A stretch of 35,110 bases of DNA from Candidatus Micrarchaeota archaeon (GTDB taxonomy: Archaea > Micrarchaeota > Micrarchaeia > Norongarragalinales > SBBD01): NCBI GenBank assembly GCA_043806595.1, contig JAZDGU010000057.1:1-35110 (forward strand), read 5' to 3'. Within the stretch, counting starts at the first letter, position 1; each line of letters opens with the position of its first letter. The notes below the pieces were generated by a model, which ran no database searches, had not been told where the DNA came from, and was given only the letters and a program-made list of their open reading frames with translations. Positions 26,801-34,475 of this stretch are shown here, in pieces. Position numbers and translations under genes: made by a program.

Positions 26801-28219
26801 GAAATTGGACTTCGCGGTAAGCAGCTCGCCGATTGCGGCGTCTTCCAATTGGTCAGCGGAATGGAAACCGTAGACCCCGCGGAGGGTTGCAACCCGCGAA
26901 TCAACCAGCTCCCGGACTTCTGAAGGGACAGCGCCGGGGGTAGTTTTTAATAACTTCACACCTCCAGCGCCAACATCAACGTGTGCAGTCCTATCGAAAA
27001 CACCAAGTCCCGATTCCCATGACTCCCTGAGTATCGTCTGCAGCTTATCCTCTGCAACCTGCTGGCCCCATTCCTCAGTGTTGACAAGGGCGCGGGCCTT
27101 GGAGAGGATTGGACCGTTTACCTTGTCGCCGGAGGAGACGAAGTCGCCCTTGAGGCCTACGACTCCAGCGGCATGCAAGCCGCGGATCTCTTCCTTCTTC
27201 TTCTCGAGAATCTTTATCTCGCTCTGGATGCTTCCGGGTCCGCGGAGCTTGGAGGCGTAGAAAGCCGCCGTGGCAGTCGTGATTATCATGTCAAGGCGTG
27301 AGTAGAAGCCCAGCTTGTTGACGTACTTCTCGAAGAGGTCGGGCAGGATTATGGCCTTGCCGTCCTGCAGGTTCAAGCTCGCGGTGGTGTCCCTTGAGGA
27401 AACGTGCTGGCCGCTCTTGACCACGGTCTTCGACTCGTGGAAGCCGACGTAGAGGTCCCGGTCGAGGAGAGCGCCGAAGGAGATCTTGCCCGCAATGTGA
27501 GTAGAGTCCAGCAGGCAGTTGTCCTCAGAATTCTGCTCCTTGAGAGAGAACAGCTGCGTAAGGGGAATGCTCTTCGCGCTAGGCGTGCGCACCTTCAAGC
27601 CGTCGTACACCTGCGGCGCAACCGTGCTCTTGGCTTTTAAGCCGAGAAACTCGGAAATCTTGTCGGACTTGTCCGGATTGCGGGCCGCCAGTGATTGGAC
27701 TTGTTCGAGATTCAGGGAGCCTGTCTCGGGGTCAACCTTGAACTCTGCGGCGAGCTCCTTGCGCGTCTTGTCTTCAAGCTGCATCACGTCCATGAGCTCC
27801 TTGAACTTGAACGCCGCGCCCTGGTTGAGGTTGACGTTGACGTTGATGATGCGGGACATGTCCTCCTGGTTCGTCGGATCCGTCTTTCTGAGGTCGGCGG
27901 CCGGAGCGCTGGAAATCTGCTCGGCCTCGAACTGCGGCATCGTGCGCAGGTAGCGGTTGGCCTCCTCGCGCGACATCTGCTTGACCTGGCAGCCGAAGGA
28001 CGGAGTGGATACAGTGCGTGTGATTATCGGGGGGGCGGGCGTGGGCGTCGGGTCGGCGAAGAAGACGGCACTGCCGGAAGCGGGAGAGGCAGTCGATGCA
28101 CTGGCGGGGTCGTCGTAGTAGCCGTAGAAGTCGTAGGAGTAGGACAGCGGGATGAAGAGCTCAAAGCAGAACGCCAGCATCACGGCGAGTGCGAACGGCT
28201 TGGAGGCGGGCGTGCTCAT
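23804..28219 (-). CDS. Large 1471-aa exported, C-terminally anchored surface protein of unknown family
   Basis: Signal peptide MSTPASKPFALAVMLAFCFELFIPLSYS at ATG 28219, with a TTTAAAA box about 30 nt upstream. The C-terminus is LPSWP..NP + TM + RFRK. The first 407 aa of the listed 1878-aa ORF are mostly the ftsZ antisense shadow. Confidence 0.85.
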   Translation of the reverse strand: MSTPASKPFALAVMLAFCFELFIPLSYSYDFYGYYDDPASASTASPASGSAVFFADPTPTPAPPIITRTVSTPSFGCQVKQMSREEANRYLRTMPQFEAEQISSAPAADLRKTDPTNQEDMSRIINVNVNLNQGAAFKFKELMDVMQLEDKTRKELAAEFKVDPETGSLNLEQVQSLAARNPDKSDKISEFLGLKAKSTVAPQVYDGLKVRTPSAKSIPLTQLFSLKEQNSEDNCLLDSTHIAGKISFGALLDRDLYVGFHESKTVVKSGQHVSSRDTTASLNLQDGKAIILPDLFEKYVNKLGFYSRLDMIITTATAAFYASKLRGPGSIQSEIKILEKKKEEIRGLHAAGVVGLKGDFVSSGDKVNGPILSKARALVNTEEWGQQVAEDKLQTILRESWESGLGVFDRTAHVDVGAGGVKLLKTTPGAVPSEVRELVDSRVATLRGVYGFHSADQLEDAAIGELLTAKSNFPKVFDASTGKVSGELLKEGMNGEAQFSYIAEKLSFPLEDKSAIRGLSVIDQLEMLRKKEDLIAKQLPARLQKSALVAAYGLGWMLPARFALEASNAVLFSTGATNRADLKDKYLQFYVNNNKFAEKFRQNTDFLATGGIIDFASDMLGSGVPTKTFRAGNLYFINRDTTPDEQYSNSFTGFNHMGASWQINLGWKGKSEATVFEDVRQEKEYTSLALFSHDLNIGASIDRNKLLPDYYNALQLVAPVLSLVILRKADPSVLGPTLAALMQLQTYEFIMHNFVSKERFSPNEICDEDAAMKYADVYLALTGVSAVQNLYPFSGLITKGGQLVIKNGVLPRLGDALVKGGYIAQTLNKALVFVDPVLLGRQLLASRGMEYVSTCKDTSYKFMAYQQIGGGMAPTSVNDKIKGLTEGFGKLNVTGLLNRVGSKLDESRLTEMLNMRMLFQDEVGMLKPSDLYYIHLDGATQAWWGVYYNAEQRGCFRVCQDSKDEIVCNDGQTIEKTNKKTGEKTVLSDDADRAKLTQNNQQLARTIVPNKIIDAPLYCGGTEILAVTPGKYGGTLAVTDNSCDAAACLRTQLSQITGIPATDDLSESGFGAVTAVYTTKGIVTAADGRLRYLQNSGSRKTVLGLFGEEDLTGTEIQAPSLEALEKLPAKDLADANKVSILGDGKVTLSGYTSEDFGEEELGTLMTVFTENGRIEYDPVQQRLVATIYQIAYAKVDQQVKDIGIVQPSVVKDENGHDMPAIQISNIIPKVGSEKEVEHLNTALKEIQKDTVTGAPGGFTVLETPDTKYVLTTDPKTGEQKLQVIEKTKETHTITNPDGSTSQVERTVEQTAKEYSVTGPVRQEGNDVVVPTDKGDFRFNISTQDGKPTLAASGPDGFRDIATLLAAKGPNGILAFDPRTGLWYALNGQDIPWNPDFANKGLSYYNSDSGARGVVGDNLFANPRRATGTATTASNPLALPSWPAENPVVVVLMLFSVVAGAVVIRFRKSSEV

Positions 28220-28405
28220 GGCAAAAAAATTATTGCCCGGCTGCTCTTTTAAAGCCTGCCTTGCAGACGGGAGACGGGGAAGGAACGCCGGCGCGGCGGA
28301 ATGGGGGGGTGCGAAAGCGGGGCGGCGCCGGTGTGAGTGTTTATAAAATATTGCCTCCCTGTTATTTTGCCTGCTAATATCGCGATTGAAACAGGGGTGG
28401 ATGGG
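28220..28405. promoter_or_regulatory. Divergent promoters for the surface-protein/Rhs operon and ftsZ
   Basis: TTTTAAAG at ~28247-28254 and TTTATAAAAT at ~28340-28349. A GGGGTG SD lies before ftsZ. Confidence 0.55.
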
Positions 28406-29473
28406 ATGGAGAATATCGTTGCGGACGCCTTGAGGAGCACCAAGGCAAGGGAGTCTGAAGAATACTACGACACGCCGAGGATCATGGTCCTCGGGATCGG
28501 CGGCGCCGGCTGCAACTCGGTCAACCGGCTCGCGCGCGCGGGAATCAAGGGCGCGGAGCTCGTCGCCATCAACACGGACAAGATGCACTTCAGCGTCATC
28601 AGCGACAGCGTCAAGAAGGTGCTCATCGGCTCGAGCATCACGCGCGGCCTCGGCGCCGGCGGGTATCCCGAAGTCGGGGCAAAGTGCGCGGACGTCAGCA
28701 GGGACGCGCTGGAAAAGATGCTCGCGGGCGCGGACCTCATATTCATCACGAGCGGAATGGGGGGCGGGACCGGCACGGGCGCGTCGCCCATCATCGCGGA
28801 AATCGCCAAGAAGCAGGGCGCCATAGTCATATCCATAGTCACCTACCCGTTCGCGCTCGAGCGCGCGCGGCTGGAGAAGGCCGACGCCGGCATCGACGCG
28901 CTCAAGGCGCAGGCTGACACCATCATCGTAATCGACAACAACAGGCTCGTGCAGATCGTGCCGAACCTGCCGATCGACAAGGCGTTCAACGTCGCCGACG
29001 AGATCATCGCGCGCGCCGTTCGCGGCATCACCGAGACCATAACCACGCCCTCCCTCATCAACCTCGACTTCGCGGACGTGAGGGCCATCATGAGCAACGG
29101 CGGCGTGAGCATGATAGCCGTCGGGGAGGCCAAGGGCACGAGCAGGACCGAGGACGTCGTGAACAACACGCTGAACAACGCGCTGCTCGACGTCGACTAC
29201 GCCGGAGCGACGGGAGTGCTTTTGCACATCACCGGCGGGCCGGACATGACGCTCGGCGAGTGCAACAAGATAGGCGAGGCGCTGACCGAGAAGGTCGACC
29301 CCAACGCGTCCGTCATCTGGGGCGCGAGGCTCGATCCCAACTTCGAGGGCAAGATTGAGGCCATCGCGATATTCACGGGAATCCACTCGCCGTACGTGCT
29401 CGGCAAGAGCCAGAGGGAGCCGGTTTCCGCGATGTCCCACACCAGGGGAGTCGACGACATCGAGTTCCTCTGA
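28406..29473 (+). CDS. ftsZ: Cell division protein FtsZ (FtsZ2-like)
   Basis: GIGGAG.N, GLGAGG.PEVG, GMGGGTGTG and INLDFADV. YPFALERARL resembles the archaeal FtsZ2 clade, but the clade call is tentative. Confidence 0.97.
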   Translation: MENIVADALRSTKARESEEYYDTPRIMVLGIGGAGCNSVNRLARAGIKGAELVAINTDKMHFSVISDSVKKVLIGSSITRGLGAGGYPEVGAKCADVSRDALEKMLAGADLIFITSGMGGGTGTGASPIIAEIAKKQGAIVISIVTYPFALERARLEKADAGIDALKAQADTIIVIDNNRLVQIVPNLPIDKAFNVADEIIARAVRGITETITTPSLINLDFADVRAIMSNGGVSMIAVGEAKGTSRTEDVVNNTLNNALLDVDYAGATGVLLHITGGPDMTLGECNKIGEALTEKVDPNASVIWGARLDPNFEGKIEAIAIFTGIHSPYVLGKSQREPVSAMSHTRGVDDIEFL

Positions 29474-29482
29474 AGGCCCCCG

Positions 29483-30142
29483 CTATTTTCCCTTCTTTTT
29501 TCCGTCGGCTAGAAGCAGGTCGGCGAATTGCTTGAGGGAGCGGACCGTTCGGCCGCCAGTTCTTTTTCCGGTCCTGCGGAGATAGTAGGCTTCAACGCCC
29601 GCTTCGCGCGCGGCGAGGAAGTCGAACTCGTAGTTGTCGCCGACGTGCGCGATGTCTGAGGGCCTGAGCTTCAGCCTGCGGCAGACTTTTGCGTAGAAGC
29701 CGGCGCTGCCCTTGACGCAACCGAAGTCCGAGGGGCCGGAAAATGTCCGCGAGAAATGGCCGCCGAGGCCGTCCACCTCCAGCTTGAGGTCCACGAAGTC
29801 GCGAGTGGCGTTGCTGATGATTATCAGCGGGAAGCGCCTCCCCAGCCTGCGAAGCGAAGGGAGGGTATCGGGGAAAAGCCGGATCTCGTGCCTCGCCGCG
29901 CGCAGGAGTCCGGATGTGTCGCCCTCGAGGCCGAGCCTGCCAAACCAGTAGCGGATGTCGTACCAGCGCACGTCGAGGCTGCTGAGCTTGGAATATTCGG
30001 CGCCGACCTCGGCGAGCGCGCGGCGGAAGGGAACGCGCTTCTGGAGGGCGTAGAGCTTGGGGATGCCTTTGAACCAGACCGCCTCCTCGAAGTTCATGTC
30101 GGCGAGCGTGCCGTCGAGGTCGAAGGATACCACGCGCGGCAA
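29483..30142 (-). CDS. HAD-superfamily hydrolase
   Basis: SFDLDGTL, IISNA, K and HVGDNYEFDF..A..AG motifs I-IV. Confidence 0.92.
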   Translation of the reverse strand: MPRVVSFDLDGTLADMNFEEAVWFKGIPKLYALQKRVPFRRALAEVGAEYSKLSSLDVRWYDIRYWFGRLGLEGDTSGLLRAARHEIRLFPDTLPSLRRLGRRFPLIIISNATRDFVDLKLEVDGLGGHFSRTFSGPSDFGCVKGSAGFYAKVCRRLKLRPSDIAHVGDNYEFDFLAAREAGVEAYYLRRTGKRTGGRTVRSLKQFADLLLADGKKKGK

Positions 30143-30895
30143 CTACGTCCACCCCTGGAAAAAGTCCTGCGGGGGTGACTCGAGCAAGGTCTTGACCCTG
30201 CCGCCGACGATTCTCAACCCCGAGAGGCGGGCCAGCGAACGTCCGACCCGCCGCAGGTTTTCGGGGGATACCCGTTGGTCGTAGACGATTGCACCGGAGG
30301 AGGAGGCCCTTCTCCCGTGGAGCTCCTCGTGGAACGGAAGCACGAGATGGCGCTGTATCATGCGGACCAGAAAAGGCCAATTCCCCGGGTGCTCGGACAG
30401 ATCAATCAAATGCATATTGAGGCGTTTCCGGTCGCGGTAGAATTCTAGGGGGATATTATGGGGATAACCTTCCAGAGTGACCGAACCCCGGCGCGGGGAA
30501 GCTATAGGGGGGATGTTGTGCGCGGCGACCGCCTCCACGAGAGCGAGCGTCTCCCGCCTGCGCGAGGCGTTGGCCAGCCGCAGGAAATGGCCTGCCATCC
30601 TCTTGGACGCGGCGGGCGTGGGCCAGCGGGAACTGGACGGGTTCCGGCGGAAGAACGAGTTGGAGAAGTTGTAGACGAGGACGTCGCGCTCGCGTTCAGT
30701 CAGGTTGGGGAATTTCCTGAAGAAGCCGTCGATGGCCTGCTGGACCCTTGAAAAGCGTTCCTCATGGGCTCGCGCGGGAACCCGGCGCGCGAAGCCCCCC
30801 TTGGCCCGTGCGAATCTTATCGGCGAGCGGGCGAGCTCACCTGAAGCGTCCACTATCCTCTGCAATGCATCGCGCTGAAGCCTCAAATCGGCCAT
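30143..30895 (-). CDS. Hypothetical protein (~250 aa) containing HEELH
   Basis: Fills the pyrI-HAD gap exactly (ATG 30895, stop abutting the HAD start). No family recognised. Confidence 0.6.
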   Translation of the reverse strand: MADLRLQRDALQRIVDASGELARSPIRFARAKGGFARRVPARAHEERFSRVQQAIDGFFRKFPNLTERERDVLVYNFSNSFFRRNPSSSRWPTPAASKRMAGHFLRLANASRRRETLALVEAVAAHNIPPIASPRRGSVTLEGYPHNIPLEFYRDRKRLNMHLIDLSEHPGNWPFLVRMIQRHLVLPFHEELHGRRASSSGAIVYDQRVSPENLRRVGRSLARLSGLRIVGGRVKTLLESPPQDFFQGWT

Positions 30896-30906
30896 TGCCC
30901 CGACAC

Positions 30907-31389
30907 CTAGAACTTGAAGTCCTGCTCCGCGTAGACCTTCTCGCAGTAGCCGCACTGCAGCTTGAGGGGAGAACGCTCCCGGATGTGCAGCCTCGGCACG
31001 CCCTCCCTGTTCGAGATGCAGTTCGGGTTCGGGCACGCAACGAGGCCCTCGAACACCTCGGGGAGCTTGACCTTGTACTTCTCTACGACCGTATAGTCCT
31101 TGACGACGTTGATGGTCGCGGAAGGGGCGACTAGCGCGATACGGTCGATCTCGCGCTTGTTCAGCTCGCGGCCCTCAATCTTGATTATGTCCTTGAGGCC
31201 CGTGCTCGCGCTCGGCACGTTCATGAGCAGGCTCACCGTCGCCGGGTTCGACTCGTCGAGGCCGAGGATCTTGGCGACCTTGAGGGAGTTGCCGCGCGGG
31301 ATGTGGTCCACCACGATCCCGGTCTCTATCTTGCGCACGCGCAGGAACTCCCCCTGCTTCTCCTCCTCTTCCGTCACCGGCTTTGCCAT
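30907..31389 (-). CDS. pyrI: Aspartate carbamoyltransferase regulatory chain
   Basis: LRVRKIETGIVVDHI, KDIIKIEG, AP.ATIN and Zn ligands CPNPNCIS and CGYCE. The start could be 31395. Confidence 0.96.
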   Translation of the reverse strand: MAKPVTEEEEKQGEFLRVRKIETGIVVDHIPRGNSLKVAKILGLDESNPATVSLLMNVPSASTGLKDIIKIEGRELNKREIDRIALVAPSATINVVKDYTVVEKYKVKLPEVFEGLVACPNPNCISNREGVPRLHIRERSPLKLQCGYCEKVYAEQDFKF

Positions 31390-31402
31390 GAACATCAACC
31401 CC

Positions 31403-32314
31403 CTAGCCTAGAATCATCGAAAGAATCGCCATGCGCGTGGGAATGCCGTTTGCCTCCTGCTCGAAATATTTTGCGCGCGGGTCGACATCGACTTCGACAG
31501 CAATCTCGTCCACGCGGGGCAGGGGATGCATGAGCATCGCGTCCGGCTTGGCGGCCTTCATCATCTGCGCGTCTATGACGTATGAAGCCTTCTTGTACTC
31601 CTCCGGGTCCTCGATGCGCTCCTTCTGGATGCGCGTCGCGTAGATGACGTCGGCGTGGGAGAGGTCGAAGGACTGCAGTTCCTTCACTCTGCAAGATTCC
31701 CGGAGGTCCTTGAGCATGTACTCCGGCATGCGCAGCTGCTGCGGCGAAAAGTATTGCAGGGTAACGTCCTCGAACTTGGAGAGCGCGTAGGAAAGGGAGT
31801 GCACCGTGCGGCCGTATTTCAGGTCGCCGGCGAAGAGCACCGTCAGGCCGTCGATTCCCTTCCTGACCTTGCTGACGGTGAAGAGGTCGAGCATGGCCTG
31901 CGTGGGGTGCTGGTTGTTGCCGTCCCCGGCGTTGATGACCGGCACGTCGGAGGCATCGGCTGCCAACGCGGCCGAGCCCTCGCTCGGGTGGCGCATCACG
32001 AACGCGTCGACCTGCGGCCCGAGGGCGTGCACCGTGTCATAGAGGGTCTCGCCCTTGGCGAAGGACGTCGTCTTCGGCTCGGAAAAGCCCATCACGTCGC
32101 CGCCGAGCGAGCGCATAGCTGTGTTGAACGAAAACTGCGTGCGCGTGCTCGGCTCGTAGAACATCGAGCAGAGCACCTTGCCCTTGAGCGCCGCCAGGCG
32201 CTCCTTCCTGCGGAACAGAGCGTCCATCTTCGCCGCGGCCGCAAGCACCTCCTCGATGGTGGCGCGCTCGATGTCGACCGTTGAAATGAAGTCCTTGCCT
32301 TTCAGCGTGCCCAC
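31403..32314 (-). CDS. pyrB: Aspartate carbamoyltransferase catalytic chain
   Basis: FYEPSTRT, KGETL.DT, MRHP, INAGDG..QHPTQ, GDLKYGRTVHSL, TRIQKER and MHPLPR. Confidence 0.98.
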   Translation of the reverse strand: MGTLKGKDFISTVDIERATIEEVLAAAAKMDALFRRKERLAALKGKVLCSMFYEPSTRTQFSFNTAMRSLGGDVMGFSEPKTTSFAKGETLYDTVHALGPQVDAFVMRHPSEGSAALAADASDVPVINAGDGNNQHPTQAMLDLFTVSKVRKGIDGLTVLFAGDLKYGRTVHSLSYALSKFEDVTLQYFSPQQLRMPEYMLKDLRESCRVKELQSFDLSHADVIYATRIQKERIEDPEEYKKASYVIDAQMMKAAKPDAMLMHPLPRVDEIAVEVDVDPRAKYFEQEANGIPTRMAILSMILG

Positions 32315-32439
32315 TCATATCCCCCCGAAGAATTCAAACAAGCATCAGGAATAGACAATGCAAGACAACTCTTTTAACCCTTCGCAACCCATCCCCCACA
32401 GCGTCAACTTGCAGCAACTGCAAACCCGCGGTGAATTCC

Positions 32440-32601
32440 ATGGTAGTTAAAAGCGAGGCCAACTGCCCGAAATGCTTCAGCGCAACCGATTACATTCATC
32501 CGCTTCGATTCGACCCCATGACCGCGGTCTTCACGTGCACGAAGGACGCGTCGCACCGCTTCGTCGAGGACGAGGAAGGATTCCTGGCGAGCAGGCGGTA
32601 A
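32440..32601 (+). CDS. Small 53-aa zinc-ribbon-like protein (below the ORF-track cutoff)
   Basis: MVVKSEANCPKCFSATDYIHPLRFDPMTAVFTCTKDASHRFVEDEEGFLASRR*. A GCGGTGA SD lies 5 nt upstream, the ligands are CPKC plus C-x5-H, and the stop abuts the convergent HEPN stop. Confidence 0.75.
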   Translation: MVVKSEANCPKCFSATDYIHPLRFDPMTAVFTCTKDASHRFVEDEEGFLASRR

Positions 32602-33024
32602 TCACTTCAACGACAGCAAGGCCCTGACAAATTTCTTCGCATTCCCGATTGCACGACTGGCCTCGTCTTCCCCCACGGAATCCGCCTCGCCGTATACGAC
32701 GTCGTGCCTTCGGACGCGGTTCCGGTTGAACACCGCTACCAGGCCGGAAGAATCCTTCGGCAGGACGGCGGCGCAGAACTGTACGACTGCGAAGTGGTGC
32801 GCCTCCGAAGTCGCACGGAAACCCTTCCTCGCCATGAGCGCGCGGCCCGCGGAAAGCATGGCATTGTAGGCAATCGCGAGCGCCCAGTCGGCATGCCCGC
32901 CTGAGAGGTTGTCCTCCGCGGCATTCAGGTCCTTCTCCGCCCAGGCGAACAGCGATTCGGCGAGCCTTGAATCAGGTTGGACTTTTTCCACGTAGCGCCT
33001 TAGGAGCAATTCCTTCAAATCCAT
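32602..33024 (-). CDS. HEPN-domain protein
   Basis: AEKDL.AA...W...AYNAML.AGRAL...GFR...H, plus RRHDVVY (R-x4-Y variant of R-x4-H). Confidence 0.88.
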   Translation of the reverse strand: MDLKELLLRRYVEKVQPDSRLAESLFAWAEKDLNAAEDNLSGGHADWALAIAYNAMLSAGRALMARKGFRATSEAHHFAVVQFCAAVLPKDSSGLVAVFNRNRVRRHDVVYGEADSVGEDEASRAIGNAKKFVRALLSLK

Positions 33025-33577
33025 GCTCGTCGCCTGCCAGCCAGAGCCGCGGGCCTCCGAGGACGGAAGCGATGAATGAGCCCCGTTCCCGCAGCTTGCG
33101 CCCGAAGTCGTTGTCGCTCCATAGGATATAATTGATTTCGCGGCCGCATTTCCGCTGCGCTTTCAGGATGGCGTGGGCGAGTTCATCATCGGCGACCGGG
33201 CCAACGACCAATACATCGACGTCGCTCTTCTCGAGCATCTTCCCGCCGGCGGCGCTCCCGAAGACGAATGCATACGACACCCCGTCCAGCTTGGCGATAG
33301 CCCCGCGAAGGACTGCGTGAAAACCCTCGGTCTTCTGGTAAAGGCCTCTGAGTTCCGGAAGGAAGGGACAAGACCGGTTGGCGGAATAAAGGGACTGGTT
33401 GCCGCGCCTCTCGCAGGCGAGCAGACCGATTTCGCGAAGGATGTCGAGCTCCCGCTTGGCCTCGGCCGGCGAAACCCCGGCGCGGCGCGCGATTTCCCGC
33501 AGGTGGAGGCCGTCAAAGAACAGCACCACGCCGAGAACGCGGACCTCCGCGTTCGAGCGCAGCAGCGAGTACAACAT
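32972..33577 (-). CDS. wHTH + minimal nucleotidyltransferase (MNT) antitoxin
   Basis: N-terminal LHLREIARR.G.S...ELD.L...GLL, then VFGS-x10-DVD. It overlaps the HEPN start by 53 nt. A TTTAAATAAA box just upstream suggests a leaderless transcript. Confidence 0.9.
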   Translation of the reverse strand: MLYSLLRSNAEVRVLGVVLFFDGLHLREIARRAGVSPAEAKRELDILREIGLLACERRGNQSLYSANRSCPFLPELRGLYQKTEGFHAVLRGAIAKLDGVSYAFVFGSAAGGKMLEKSDVDVLVVGPVADDELAHAILKAQRKCGREINYILWSDNDFGRKLRERGSFIASVLGGPRLWLAGDEHGFEGIAPKALRGKSPT

Positions 33578-33610
33578 GTTAAACTAAACAGAACAATCGT
33601 TTATTTAAAG

Positions 33611-34369
33611 TTAACGCCGAGGCTTCACGGCGACGTGCTGGATGTAGTCGGCGTCGTACTTCCCATACCTTTTCTGGTAATCGCCGTAGGATGCAACATG
33701 GGAAAATCCCGCCTCCTGCATCAGCTCCAGCATTTCCTTTTTCCGGATTGGATACAAATCGGTGAACCAGCGCCCCTTCGTCCCGAAATAGGCCATGCGA
33801 ACGTGGCCTTCAGAACGCTTTACGGGGGTGACGTTGAAAGTCCGTCCGCAGTAGACGAATTTGTGCTTGCTCGAATATCCTACGTCGAGAATTTGATCGT
33901 AGTTTCTATGGTCGATCGCAAGTACGCCACCTTTTTTTAGGAGTCCGAAAAGCCCCCCCATGACGTGCCGTCTGTCCCTGTGGTCGAATAAATGCGTGAA
34001 GGAATTCCCAAGGAATTCAATCGCATCGAACGAATCGGGAGGAAAAATGCGCGCCATGTCCCGCCAGTCCGCGCGAACCGCCTGCAATGCCACACCGGCA
34101 TCCCGCGCGTTGGCTTCGGCTTTTTTTAGCATCGATTCGCTGCCATCCAGGCTGACGACTTCGAAGCCCTCCGACAGAAGTCTGACGCTGTTAAAGCCCG
34201 TCCCGCAGGCAGCGTCGAGAATGCGGCGGCAACCACGCTGGCGAAAAAGGCGCAGGAAAAAGTCGCCCTCGCCATGCTTGCGGCGGTCCCAGTCGATCAG
34301 GTCGTCCCAATGCAAGGCAACCGAAGGCGTGTACTGGCGCCAGCCGTCCTCTATTCTCCGTAGAGTCAC
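33611..34369 (-). CDS. Glycine/sarcosine N-methyltransferase-like class I SAM methyltransferase
   Basis: WDDLIDW..R...EGDF, ILDAACGTGF.SVRL, DGS..ML, DWR, LGNSFTHLF...DRR, IDHRNYD.ILD.GYSSKH...YCG and YGD...Y...D.D.I.HVA match GSMT sequences as I recall them. GTG 34369 follows a GGGGGG SD. Confidence 0.8.
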   Translation of the reverse strand: MTLRRIEDGWRQYTPSVALHWDDLIDWDRRKHGEGDFFLRLFRQRGCRRILDAACGTGFNSVRLLSEGFEVVSLDGSESMLKKAEANARDAGVALQAVRADWRDMARIFPPDSFDAIEFLGNSFTHLFDHRDRRHVMGGLFGLLKKGGVLAIDHRNYDQILDVGYSSKHKFVYCGRTFNVTPVKRSEGHVRMAYFGTKGRWFTDLYPIRKKEMLELMQEAGFSHVASYGDYQKRYGKYDADYIQHVAVKPRR

Positions 34370-34475
34370 GATAATCCCCCCAAGCATAATAGGTATTCGG
34401 AAGGATATCAAATATTCTGATAAAAAAATAGCCTAATAGAAAAATATATATACTAATATTCTCGTATTGTCAAAT
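34370..34475. promoter_or_regulatory. AT-rich divergent promoter with candidate operator TATCA-N7-TGATA (34406-34422)
   Basis: Lies between the methyltransferase and the Lrp gene and contains AATATATATA. Confidence 0.45.

Noticed and set aside
28220..29440. N-terminal 407 aa of the listed 1878-aa ORF as a real overlapping gene
   Set aside because: It is the antisense shadow of GC3-rich ftsZ plus the promoter gap. The signal peptide and TATA box place the true start at 28219.
2807..32284. Many long alternative-frame ORFs (e.g. 3688..5373, 12914..14674, 8496..9797, 19682..20707, 20643..21794)
   Set aside because: They are Arg/Pro/Ala-rich or antisense shadows, expected at high GC3, and overlap well-supported genes.
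32602..33577. MNT-HEPN pair as a novel system
   Set aside because: This is a common archaeal module. The R-x4-Y variant and the 53-nt overlap alone are not enough to claim novelty.
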